From Candidatus Latescibacterota bacterium (lineage in GTDB: Bacteria > Latescibacterota > UBA2968 > UBA8231), in assembly GCA_965221775.1 (NCBI GenBank), contig CBDCSU010000006.1:1408001-1472000 (forward strand): a DNA stretch of 64,000 bases. The letters run 5' to 3'. The position numbers and the translations under genes are program-made. This document shows positions 20,751-29,161 of the stretch, one piece after another; position 1 is the stretch's first letter; every line of letters begins with the position of its first letter. The notes beneath the pieces were generated by a model that saw only the letters and a program-made list of their open reading frames with translations, searched no databases and had not been told where the DNA came from.

Positions 20751-22605
20751 GCTCGATGTGATCATCGCCACCGACTGTGGCAGCACCACCACCAAGGCGA
20801 TCCTCATCGAGCGCCGGGAGGAAGGCTACCGGCAGACCTTCCGCGGCGAGGCCCCGACCACCGTGGAGGCGCCCTTCGAGGACGTGACCCGCGGCGTGCT
20901 CAACGCCATCCAGGAGGTGGAGGAGCTGTCCGGGCGGCAGATCCTGGACGGCGAGACGATCATCACCCCGGCGGCGGACGGACGGGGCGTCGACATCTAC
21001 ATCTCCACCTCCAGCGCCGGCGGCGGCCTGCAGATGATGGTGGCCGGCGTCGTGCAGACGATGACCGGCGAGAGCGCCCAGCGCTGCGCCCTGGGGGCCG
21101 GGGCGATCGTCATGGACGTGCTGGCCTCCAACGACGGCCGTCAGCCCCACGAGAAGATCGAGCGCATCCGCCACCTGCGGCCCGACATGGTGCTGCTGTC
21201 GGGCGGCACCGACGGCGGCACCATCTCCCACGTGGTCGAGCTGGCGGAGTACGTGGCCGCCGCCGACCCCCGGCCGCGGTTCGGCGCCGGCTTCGAGCTG
21301 CCCGTGATCTTCGCCGGCAACCGGGACGCCGGCCCCGAGGTGGAGCGCGTCCTCGGCGAGCGCACGGCCCTGCACCTGACCGAGAACCTGCGCCCCATCC
21401 TGGAGCGCGAGAACCTGGGCCCGGCGCGGCACGTGATCCACGACCTGTTCCTCGAGCACGTGATGGCCCAGGCGCCCGGGTACTCGAAGCTGATGTCGTG
21501 GACCGCCGCCCCGATCATGCCGACGCCGGCGGCGGTGGGCCGCATCATGCAGGCCATCGCCCGGCGCAGGGGGATCGACGTGCTCGGCGTCGACATCGGC
21601 GGGGCCACCACGGACGTCTTCAGCGTCTTCCACACCGCCGGCGACGGACAGTCGGATCCGGCGGATTCCGGAGCGCAGGACTCCGCCGAAGGAGGGCCGA
21701 CCCCGGTCTTCAACCGCACGGTGAGCGCCAACCTCGGCATGTCCTACAGCATCTCCAACGTCCTGGCCGAGGCCTCGCTGGAGAACGTGGTGCGCTGGAT
21801 CCCCTTCGACATCGACGAGGCCGACCTGCGCGACCGCATCAAGAACAAGATGATCCGCCCCACCACGATTCCCCACATGCTCGAAGAGCTGCAGATCGAG
21901 CACGCCGTGGCCCGCGAGGCGCTGCGGCTGGCCCTCGTCCAGCACCGGGAGCTGGCCGTTGGCCTGAAGGGGGTGCAGACCGAGCGCACATTGTCCGACG
22001 TCTTCGACCAGGAGGCCACGGGCGAGAGCCTGGTGGACATGATGGTCCTCGATCTGCTGGTGGCCAGCGGAGGGGTGCTCTCCCACGCCCCGAGCCGCGC
22101 CCAGACGGCTGCCATGCTCGTCGACGCCTTCCAGCCCGAGGGCGTCACCCAGCTCGCCGTGGACAGCATCTTCATGATGCCCCACCTCGGGGTGCTGGCC
22201 TCCGTGGACGAACCGGCCGCCGCCGAGGTCTTCGAGCGCGACTGCATCATCTACCTCGGCACCTGCGTCGCCCCCTCTGGCGACGGCAAGCCCGGCGAGG
22301 TGTGCGCCACGTACGAGCTGCACCTGACCGGCGGACCGGTGCGGGAAGAGCTGCGGTGCGGCGAGCTGCGGCTGCTGCCGCTGGGCGAAGGGGAGGAAGC
22401 GGAGATGACGATCTCGCCAGCACGCGGCCGGGACGCGGGATCCGGCCCCGGGCAGGAGCATCGCGCCAAGGTCCGGGGCGGCGTCGTGGGACTGATCCTC
22501 GACGGCCGGGGCCGTCCCCTCGAGCTGCCGGAGGAAGCGGCGGACCGGCGCGCCCGGGTCGTGGAGTGGAGCGGCGCCCTCGGGCTCTACGGGGAGACGG
22601 ACTGA
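20743..22605 (+). CDS. GlmL/MutL (glutamate mutase L)-like ASKHA/actin-fold ATPase
   Basis: Phosphate-1 TDCGSTTTKA, TSSAGGGL, LLSGGTDGG, phosphate-2 VDIGGATTDVFS, RTVSANLGMSYS, SGGVLSHAP. Confidence 0.85.
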   Translation: MDKLDVIIATDCGSTTTKAILIERREEGYRQTFRGEAPTTVEAPFEDVTRGVLNAIQEVEELSGRQILDGETIITPAADGRGVDIYISTSSAGGGLQMMVAGVVQTMTGESAQRCALGAGAIVMDVLASNDGRQPHEKIERIRHLRPDMVLLSGGTDGGTISHVVELAEYVAAADPRPRFGAGFELPVIFAGNRDAGPEVERVLGERTALHLTENLRPILERENLGPARHVIHDLFLEHVMAQAPGYSKLMSWTAAPIMPTPAAVGRIMQAIARRRGIDVLGVDIGGATTDVFSVFHTAGDGQSDPADSGAQDSAEGGPTPVFNRTVSANLGMSYSISNVLAEASLENVVRWIPFDIDEADLRDRIKNKMIRPTTIPHMLEELQIEHAVAREALRLALVQHRELAVGLKGVQTERTLSDVFDQEATGESLVDMMVLDLLVASGGVLSHAPSRAQTAAMLVDAFQPEGVTQLAVDSIFMMPHLGVLASVDEPAAAEVFERDCIIYLGTCVAPSGDGKPGEVCATYELHLTGGPVREELRCGELRLLPLGEGEEAEMTISPARGRDAGSGPGQEHRAKVRGGVVGLILDGRGRPLELPEEAADRRARVVEWSGALGLYGETD

Positions 22606-23732
22606 TGGCCCACGCCTATACCCCGGGCCTGTACGTCACCCCCCACACCATCCTTCGGCGGACCCGCCGGCTGCCGTTGAAGGGCGATGTGCTGGCCGCC
22701 CCCGGCGACACCGTGGAGCGGCAGCAGGTGGTAGCCCGCACCGAGCTGCCCGGCAGTGTCTCCACGGTGAACGTCGTCAACCGGCTGGGCATCACCGCCG
22801 AGGAGCTGCCGGGGTTCATGCTCAAGGCGGAGGGAGACGAGGTGAGGCGGGGCGAGCCGATGGCCGAGACGCGGCCCTTCATCAAGTGGTTCAGGACCAC
22901 GGTGGAGTCCCCCATCGACGGCACGGTGGACAGCATCTCGCCGGTGACCGGGCAGGTCCTGCTCCGGGAGCCGCCCCTGCCCGTGGAGGTGCCGGCCTAC
23001 GTCGACGGCCAGGTGGTCGAGGTCATCGAGGACGAAGGGGTGGTGGTGGAGACACGGGGGGCCTTCGTGCAGGGGATCTTCGGTGTCGGCGGCGAGCGCT
23101 ACGGGCCCCTCCACATGCTCGCGGAGAACCCCGGGGAGCCGCTGGCAGCGCACCGGATCGACGACGGGTGCTCGGGCCGGATCGTGGTGGTCACGGGTCT
23201 GTTGTCGTACGAGGCGATCGACCGGGCCCGCGAGGTGGGCGCCGCCGGGGTGATCGGCGGCGGGATCCACGATCGGGACCTGCGGCGGCTGCTGGGCTAC
23301 GACCTCGGCGTCGCCATCACCGGCACCGAGGAGATCGGGCTGACGGTGATCGTCACCGAGGGGTTCGGCGAGATCGCCATGGCCGGCCGGACCTTCGAGA
23401 TCCTCCGGGAGTGCCACGGACGGCAGGCCTCGATCTCGGGGGCGACCCAGATCCGGGCGGGGGTCATGCGCCCCGAGATCATCGTGCCCGACCTGACGGC
23501 ACCGGGAGAGGCGGAGGCCGGCGAGGGAAGCCGCGGGGGAGGGATGGCGCAGGGAGACCCCCTTCGTATCATCCGGGCCCCGTACTTCGGCCGCATCGGC
23601 AGGGTGGGCGAGCTGATCCCCGACCTGCGGCCGGTCGAGTCCGGCGCCTCGGTGCGGGTGCTGGAGGTCGAGTTCGAGGACGGCTCGCGGGCCGTGGTGC
23701 CGCGGGCCAACGTGGAGCTGATCGCAGGATGA
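22605..23732 (+). CDS. Hypothetical protein with barrel-sandwich-hybrid-like repeats and C-terminal KOW-like domain
   Basis: PGDTVERQQVVA / EGDEVRRGEPMA / SPIDGTV / AYVDGQV segments; GDPLRIIRAPYFGRIGRV; TGATG coupling to the upstream gene. Confidence 0.8.
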   Translation: MAHAYTPGLYVTPHTILRRTRRLPLKGDVLAAPGDTVERQQVVARTELPGSVSTVNVVNRLGITAEELPGFMLKAEGDEVRRGEPMAETRPFIKWFRTTVESPIDGTVDSISPVTGQVLLREPPLPVEVPAYVDGQVVEVIEDEGVVVETRGAFVQGIFGVGGERYGPLHMLAENPGEPLAAHRIDDGCSGRIVVVTGLLSYEAIDRAREVGAAGVIGGGIHDRDLRRLLGYDLGVAITGTEEIGLTVIVTEGFGEIAMAGRTFEILRECHGRQASISGATQIRAGVMRPEIIVPDLTAPGEAEAGEGSRGGGMAQGDPLRIIRAPYFGRIGRVGELIPDLRPVESGASVRVLEVEFEDGSRAVVPRANVELIAG

Positions 23733-24940
23733 CGGACTTCGGTAAGACCCTGACCCTGGTCGCCGGACTCGGGCTGCTGGCCGGAGCCGGAGCGCAGGAG
23801 CCGGCGGCGCTCGAGATCGATCTCTTCGACACGCCGAACGACGACGGCGGCAGCCTGACCCTGACCTGGCGCGCCGATGCCGCCCCCGCGGGCAGCCGCT
23901 ACCGCGTCTACCTCGCCGAATTGCCGGCGGGCCCCTTCCACGTGGCCGCCGAGACCATGGCCCCCGGGCTGATGTCGGACGAGCCGGCCCTCTTCGGCCG
24001 CGATCCCGCCAACGCCGACCGCTACGTGCTTCACCTCACGGGCTACACGCCCGAGGGGGAGGAGAAGCCGAGGGCCCTCGAAGACGGCACGACGTACCAG
24101 GCCCGTCTCGTGGCGGGGGACGGCGCCGCGGAGCGGCGCAGCGAGGTGGCGGCGGCGGCGCCCGCCGCCAACCTGTTCAACACCGCCAAGCTGAACAACC
24201 TCGTCCTCGCCGTGGCCCTGTCGGTGGTGATCCTACTGTTCATCGCCGTGGCCCGGCGCCGGGAGCTGTACATCCGGCGCATCGGGGGCCTGGAAGCCCT
24301 CGACGAGGCCCTGGGGCGGGCCACCGAGATGGGCCGCTCGGTGCTGTTCGTCCACGGCCTGAAGGGCATGGACCAGATCCCGACGATCGCCGCCGTCAAC
24401 ATCCTCGGGCGGGTGGCGCGGCGCACGGCGCGCCTCGACGCCGAGCTGCGGGTGGCCAACGTCGACCCCGTGGTCATGTCGGTGAGCCAGGAGGTGGTGA
24501 AGGAGGCCTGCCTGGAGGAGGGCCGGCCCGACGCCTACCGGCCGGGGGACGTGTTCATGGCCGGCACCGAGCAGTTCTCCTACGCCGCGGCCCTGGAGGG
24601 CATCATGGTCCGCGACCGCCCCGCGGCGCACATCATGATGGGCTACTTCTACGCCGAGTCGCTGCTCCTCACCGAGACGGGCAGCACTACCGGAGCCATC
24701 CAGATCGCCGGCACCGACGCCTACACGCAGCTGCCGTTCTTCGTCACCACCTGCGACTACACCCTGATGGGGGAGGAGCTGTACGCGGCCAGCGCCTACC
24801 TGTCGAAGGAGCCGCGCCTCCTCGGCAGCCTGCGCGGCCAGGACGTGGGCAAGGCGGTGCTCATCCTCGTGCTCATCGCCGGCACCGCCCTTTCCACGGC
24901 CGGCGTCGACTTCCTGACCCACCTGTCCGCCTCCCTGTGA
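23729..24940 (+). CDS. Signal peptide + FN3-like domain + DUF6754-like membrane protein
   Basis: DTPNDDGGSLTLTW, TM helix, IRRIGGLEALDEALGRATEMGR, QIAGT..QLPFF..CDYTLMGEELYAASAYL, C-terminal TM. Confidence 0.8.
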   Translation: MTDFGKTLTLVAGLGLLAGAGAQEPAALEIDLFDTPNDDGGSLTLTWRADAAPAGSRYRVYLAELPAGPFHVAAETMAPGLMSDEPALFGRDPANADRYVLHLTGYTPEGEEKPRALEDGTTYQARLVAGDGAAERRSEVAAAAPAANLFNTAKLNNLVLAVALSVVILLFIAVARRRELYIRRIGGLEALDEALGRATEMGRSVLFVHGLKGMDQIPTIAAVNILGRVARRTARLDAELRVANVDPVVMSVSQEVVKEACLEEGRPDAYRPGDVFMAGTEQFSYAAALEGIMVRDRPAAHIMMGYFYAESLLLTETGSTTGAIQIAGTDAYTQLPFFVTTCDYTLMGEELYAASAYLSKEPRLLGSLRGQDVGKAVLILVLIAGTALSTAGVDFLTHLSASL

Positions 24941-24950
24941 GAGGAAGCCG

Positions 24951-25610
24951 ATGCCATTCCTGACACGGACCCTGCCCTTCGCCATCTGCTTCCTCTTCGG
25001 CGTCGCCGGCTTCGCCATCTTCTACAGCCCCCACCCCTATGCGGAAGAGACCACACAGGCCTTCGCCCTGTGGCTGCGGGTGGTCTCCGCCTTCGCCTAC
25101 TTCCTCGGTCTCTACAGCCTCCTCAACCTGCACTGGTCCAAGATCCGGCTGCGGCAGTCCGGCTGGGCCTACAGCCTGATCGTCTACATCAGCTTCGGCG
25201 TCATGTGCCTCTTCGTCCTCTACAACGAGGGGCACGGACCTCTGCAGGCGCAGTCGAAGACCGGCGCCTACCAGTGGATGTTCACCCACATCCACGTGGC
25301 CAGCTCGGCGACGATGTTCTCCACCCTCGCCTTCTTCATCTCCTCGGCGGCGTACCGCACCTTCCGGGCGCGCACCTCCGAGGCGGCGATCCTGCTGGTC
25401 TCGGCGGTGATCGTCATGCTCGGACGGGTGCCGATCGGGGGTTACCTGTCGGAGACCATCCCCGAGGCCATGCAGTGGCTCATGACGGTGCCCAACATGG
25501 CGGCCAAGCGCGGCATCCTGCTCGGCGTCAGTCTCGGCGCCATCGCCACCTCCCTGCGCATCATCTTCGGCATCGAGCGTTCCTATCTCGGCGGCGGGGG
25601 GGAGGAGTAG
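24951..25610 (+). CDS. Hypothetical polytopic membrane protein (~6 TM)
   Basis: Hydrophobic helices; TMFSTLAFFISSAAYRTFRAR, PNMAAKRGILLG..LRIIFGIER. Confidence 0.8.
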   Translation: MPFLTRTLPFAICFLFGVAGFAIFYSPHPYAEETTQAFALWLRVVSAFAYFLGLYSLLNLHWSKIRLRQSGWAYSLIVYISFGVMCLFVLYNEGHGPLQAQSKTGAYQWMFTHIHVASSATMFSTLAFFISSAAYRTFRARTSEAAILLVSAVIVMLGRVPIGGYLSETIPEAMQWLMTVPNMAAKRGILLGVSLGAIATSLRIIFGIERSYLGGGGEE

Positions 25611-25613
25611 ACC

Positions 25614-26444
25614 ATGGACCGGCTGATCAACCTGGACCGCCGCTTCATCTTCGTCTTCGTCTTCCTGGGCGTGGCCATCCCCCTGCTCGTGGACATCCCC
25701 CTGCCGATCAAGCCGTCTCCCACGGTGCGCTCGGTGTACGACGAGATCGAGAGAGTGGCCGCCGAGGACGCCGGCCGGCCGGTGCTGGTCTCGTTCTCGT
25801 ACGGCGCCAGCACCGAGCCGGAGATGGTACCGATGACCCGCGCCGTCCTGCGCCACCTCTTCCAGCGCGGGCTGAAGGTGGTCGGCATCTGCCTGTGGCC
25901 CGATGCGGTGGGGCTCGCCCAGCCGGAGATGGACGAGCTGGCCGCCGAGTTCGGCCGCCGGTACGGGGTCGACTACGCTTTCCTTGGCTACAAGATCGGC
26001 TATCAGGCGGTGGTGCTGAACATGGGGCAGAGCGTGGCCGACACCTTCCCCTTCGACACCGAGGGGACCCCGGTGGGCGACCTGCCGGTGCTGGCGGGGG
26101 TGGAGAGCCTGAAGGACTTCTCCTTCGTCTTCGACTTCGCCGCCGGCGATTCCATGGAGTTCTGGTGGATCCCGTACGGCCAGGAGAAGCACCGGTTCCC
26201 CTTCGGCGGGGGCTGCACGGCGGTGATGGCCCCCGACCTCTACCCCTTCCTGCAGTCGGGGCAGCTCGTGGGCCTCCTCGGCGGGCTGGCCGGGGCCGCC
26301 GAGTACGAGACGCTGGTGGACGCGCCCGGTCGAGCCACCGACGGCATGCAGCCGCAGTCCGTGACCCACGTGATCATCGTCCTGTTCATCATCCTGGGCA
26401 ATATCGCCTACTTCGCCTCCCGCCGGCGGGACAGGCAGGCCTGA
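25614..26444 (+). CDS. Hypothetical protein with TM - alpha/beta domain - TM layout
   Basis: N- and C-terminal TM helices; YGVDYAFLGY, YPFLQSGQLVGLLGGLAGAAEYE; GGAGGAG RBS. Confidence 0.8.
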   Translation: MDRLINLDRRFIFVFVFLGVAIPLLVDIPLPIKPSPTVRSVYDEIERVAAEDAGRPVLVSFSYGASTEPEMVPMTRAVLRHLFQRGLKVVGICLWPDAVGLAQPEMDELAAEFGRRYGVDYAFLGYKIGYQAVVLNMGQSVADTFPFDTEGTPVGDLPVLAGVESLKDFSFVFDFAAGDSMEFWWIPYGQEKHRFPFGGGCTAVMAPDLYPFLQSGQLVGLLGGLAGAAEYETLVDAPGRATDGMQPQSVTHVIIVLFIILGNIAYFASRRRDRQA

Positions 26445-26451
26445 GGACGCC

Positions 26452-27174
26452 ATGACTCGAGACCTCTACCTGTTCGCCGGCTTCGTCGCCCTCTTCGCCG
26501 CGGCCAACGCCGTGCTCATCGGCAACGGACTGCTGGAGGCCGACCGGGAGGGGGCGGGCGTCATCGTCGCCGCCGGGTTCACGCTGGCCCTGTACAGCTT
26601 CCTCTACAAGGACAATCCCCTGTTCAAGGCCGCCGAGCATGTGTACGTGGGCGTCGCGGCGGCGTACGTCTTCGGCATCACCTGGTACAACGTCTTCCTC
26701 GACGACATCATCCGGACCTACGCCGATCTGGACGGCGGCGGCGGCGGACACGACCCCTGGGTGATGCTGTTCCCCACCCTCCTGGGCGTGCTGATGCTCA
26801 CCCGGTTCTCGCGCCGCTTCGGCTGGCTGAGCCGGCTCTCCTTCGCCTTCGTCGTCGGTGTCGGCGCCGGCCTCACCATCCCCCGGTACCTGTCCTCTTT
26901 CGTCCTGGGGCAGATCGAGCCCAGCCTGGCGCCCATCACCCTCTCCTGGGAGGGGTTCAACCTGCTGCTGATCCTGGTGGGGGTCCTGACCGTGCTCATC
27001 TACTTCTTCTTCTCCGTGGAGCACACCGGGGCCGTGGGCACCGCCTCCAAGGTCGGCATCTGGTTCCTGATGATCTCCTTCGGAGCCTCCTTCGGGTACA
27101 CGGTCATGGCCCGCCTGTCGCTGCTCATCGGGCGGGTCCGCTTTCTGCTCGACGACTGGCTGAACCTGATGTAG
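26452..27174 (+). CDS. Hypothetical polytopic membrane protein (~7 TM)
   Basis: YSFLYKDNPLFKAAEHVYVG, YFFFS, FLMISFGASFGYTVMARLSLLIGR. Confidence 0.8.
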   Translation: MTRDLYLFAGFVALFAAANAVLIGNGLLEADREGAGVIVAAGFTLALYSFLYKDNPLFKAAEHVYVGVAAAYVFGITWYNVFLDDIIRTYADLDGGGGGHDPWVMLFPTLLGVLMLTRFSRRFGWLSRLSFAFVVGVGAGLTIPRYLSSFVLGQIEPSLAPITLSWEGFNLLLILVGVLTVLIYFFFSVEHTGAVGTASKVGIWFLMISFGASFGYTVMARLSLLIGRVRFLLDDWLNLM

Positions 27175-27196
27175 GGGCGCGGCGGGCGCCGCGTCT
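27175..27196. terminator. GC-rich hairpin between convergent operons
   Basis: GGGCGCGGC-GGGC-GCCGCGTCT; no clear U-tract. Confidence 0.3.
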
Positions 27197-28174
27197 TCAG
27201 ATCTCGTCCTTGCGGATGCAGGCGGCGGTGTGGCCGCCGCCACCGACGGGCTCCAGCTCCGGGACCTGCCCGCGGCAGGCGTCGGCGGCGAAGGGGCAGC
27301 GGGGGTGGAAGGCGCACCCCGCGGGCGGGTTCACGGCGCTCGGCGTCTCCCCGAGGATCGGCTGGCGCTCGCGGCGGCGGCGTGGGTCGGCGACGGGCAC
27401 GGCCTCGAGCAGGGCCCGCGTGTACGGATGGGCCGGCCGCGCGAACACCTCGTCCCGGGAGCCGACCTCCACGAGGCGTCCCAGATACATGACGGCGACT
27501 TGGTCGCTGAGGTACTCCACCACCGACAGGTCGTGGGAGATGAGCAGGTAGGAGAGGCCGCGCTCCTGCTGGAAGCGCACGAGGAGGTTGAGCACCTGCC
27601 CCTGCACCGAGACGTCGAGGGCGGAGACCGGCTCGTCGGCGACGATGACCTTCGGCCCCAGGGCGAGGCTGCGGGCGATGCCGATGCGCTGCCGCTGGCC
27701 GCCGGAGAACTCGTGGGGATAGCGGTCCTGCACGGCCGGGTCGAGACCGACGGCCTCGAGGAGACCGTCGACCTGCTCGCGCCGCTCGGCCCGCGTCCCC
27801 AGGGAGTGCACGTCGAGGGGCTCGCGCACGGTCTCGCCCACCGACAGCCTCGGGTTGAGCGAGGAGTAGGGGTCCTGGAAGATCATCTGCATGTCGCGCC
27901 GCAGGGCGAACAGCTCCTGCGCCGTGGCCCGCGCCAGGTCGCGCCCCTCGAAGCGGACGGCGCCCGCCGTCGGATCTTCGAGCCGCATCATGGTCCGCCC
28001 CAGGGTCGACTTGCCGCAGCCGGACTCACCGACCAGGCCCAGGGTCCGGCCCGGCGGCAGGTCGAAGGAGACGCCGTCCACGGCCTTCACGCTCTGCCTC
28101 CGGCGCCCGAAGAGGCCGCCGCCCACCGGGTAGTGCTTGCGCAGGCCGCGGACCTCGACGACGGGGGCGCTCAC
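27197..28174 (-). CDS. Oligopeptide ABC transporter ATPase (OppF/DppF-like)
   Basis: GESGCGKS, FSGGQRQR, ADEPVSALD, HPYT, C-terminal Cys cluster. Confidence 0.93.
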   Translation of the reverse strand: MSAPVVEVRGLRKHYPVGGGLFGRRRQSVKAVDGVSFDLPPGRTLGLVGESGCGKSTLGRTMMRLEDPTAGAVRFEGRDLARATAQELFALRRDMQMIFQDPYSSLNPRLSVGETVREPLDVHSLGTRAERREQVDGLLEAVGLDPAVQDRYPHEFSGGQRQRIGIARSLALGPKVIVADEPVSALDVSVQGQVLNLLVRFQQERGLSYLLISHDLSVVEYLSDQVAVMYLGRLVEVGSRDEVFARPAHPYTRALLEAVPVADPRRRRERQPILGETPSAVNPPAGCAFHPRCPFAADACRGQVPELEPVGGGGHTAACIRKDEI

Positions 28175-29145
28175 ACCGCCTCCAGGGGATAGTGGCAGGC
28201 GGCCAGGTGGCCGTCGGCGACCGGTTCCAGGGGCGGGTCCTGGCGGCGGCAGAGCTCCTCGGCGCGGGGACAGCGGTCGGCGAAGCGGCAGCCCGGCGGC
28301 GGATCGAGGAGCGAAGGGACGACCCCCTCGATGGTGGGCACGCCGTCGCCCCGGGTCCGGCCCGGACGCAGGATGCTGTCGAGGAGGCCCCGCGTATAGG
28401 GGTGGCGGCTGCCCTCGAAGAGCTCGATGACGCCGCAGCGCTCCACCACCTTGCCGGCGTACATGACCACCACCTCGTCGCAGGTCTCGGCCACGACCCC
28501 CATATCGTGGGTGATGAGCAGGATGGCGGTGCCCAGCTCCCTCTGCAGCTGCTTCATCAGGTGCAGGATCTGGGCCTGCACGGTCACGTCGAGGGCGGTG
28601 GTCGGCTCGTCGGCGATGAGCAGGTCCGGCTCGCACATGAGGGCCATGGCGATCATGATGCGCTGCTTCATGCCGCCGCTGAGCTCGTGGGGGTACTGGT
28701 CCAGCCGGCTCTCGGCGTCGGCGATCCCCACGCGCTGCAGCATCTCCGCCATGCGGGCGCCAGCGGCCTCTCCCTGCAGGCCGAAGCGCTTCTCCAGGAC
28801 CTCCCCAAGCTGGCGGCGCACGGTGAAGACCGGGTTGAGGGAGGTCATGGGGTCCTGGAAGATCATGGCGATCTCCCGGCCGCGGATCGCCGGCATCTCG
28901 TCGGGGTCGACGGCGAGCAGGTCCCTCCCCTTCCACAGGACCCGTCCGTCCTCGATGCGCCCGGGCGGGTCGGGGATCAGGCGCATCACCGACATGGCGC
29001 TGACGCTCTTGCCGCACCCGGACTCGCCGACGATCCCCACGGTGGCGCCGGCGCGCACCTCGAAGGAGACGCCGTCCACCGCCTGCACGACGCCGTCCTC
29101 CGTGCGGAAGACGGTGCGCAGGTCCTCGACTCGCAGAAGCGCCAT
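28171..29145 (-). CDS. Oligopeptide ABC transporter ATPase (OppD/DppD-like)
   Basis: GESGCGKS, LSGGMKQR, ADEPTTALD, HPYT. Confidence 0.93.
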   Translation of the reverse strand: MALLRVEDLRTVFRTEDGVVQAVDGVSFEVRAGATVGIVGESGCGKSVSAMSVMRLIPDPPGRIEDGRVLWKGRDLLAVDPDEMPAIRGREIAMIFQDPMTSLNPVFTVRRQLGEVLEKRFGLQGEAAGARMAEMLQRVGIADAESRLDQYPHELSGGMKQRIMIAMALMCEPDLLIADEPTTALDVTVQAQILHLMKQLQRELGTAILLITHDMGVVAETCDEVVVMYAGKVVERCGVIELFEGSRHPYTRGLLDSILRPGRTRGDGVPTIEGVVPSLLDPPPGCRFADRCPRAEELCRRQDPPLEPVADGHLAACHYPLEAV

Positions 29146-29161
29146 GGGCAGAGCCGTCCGC

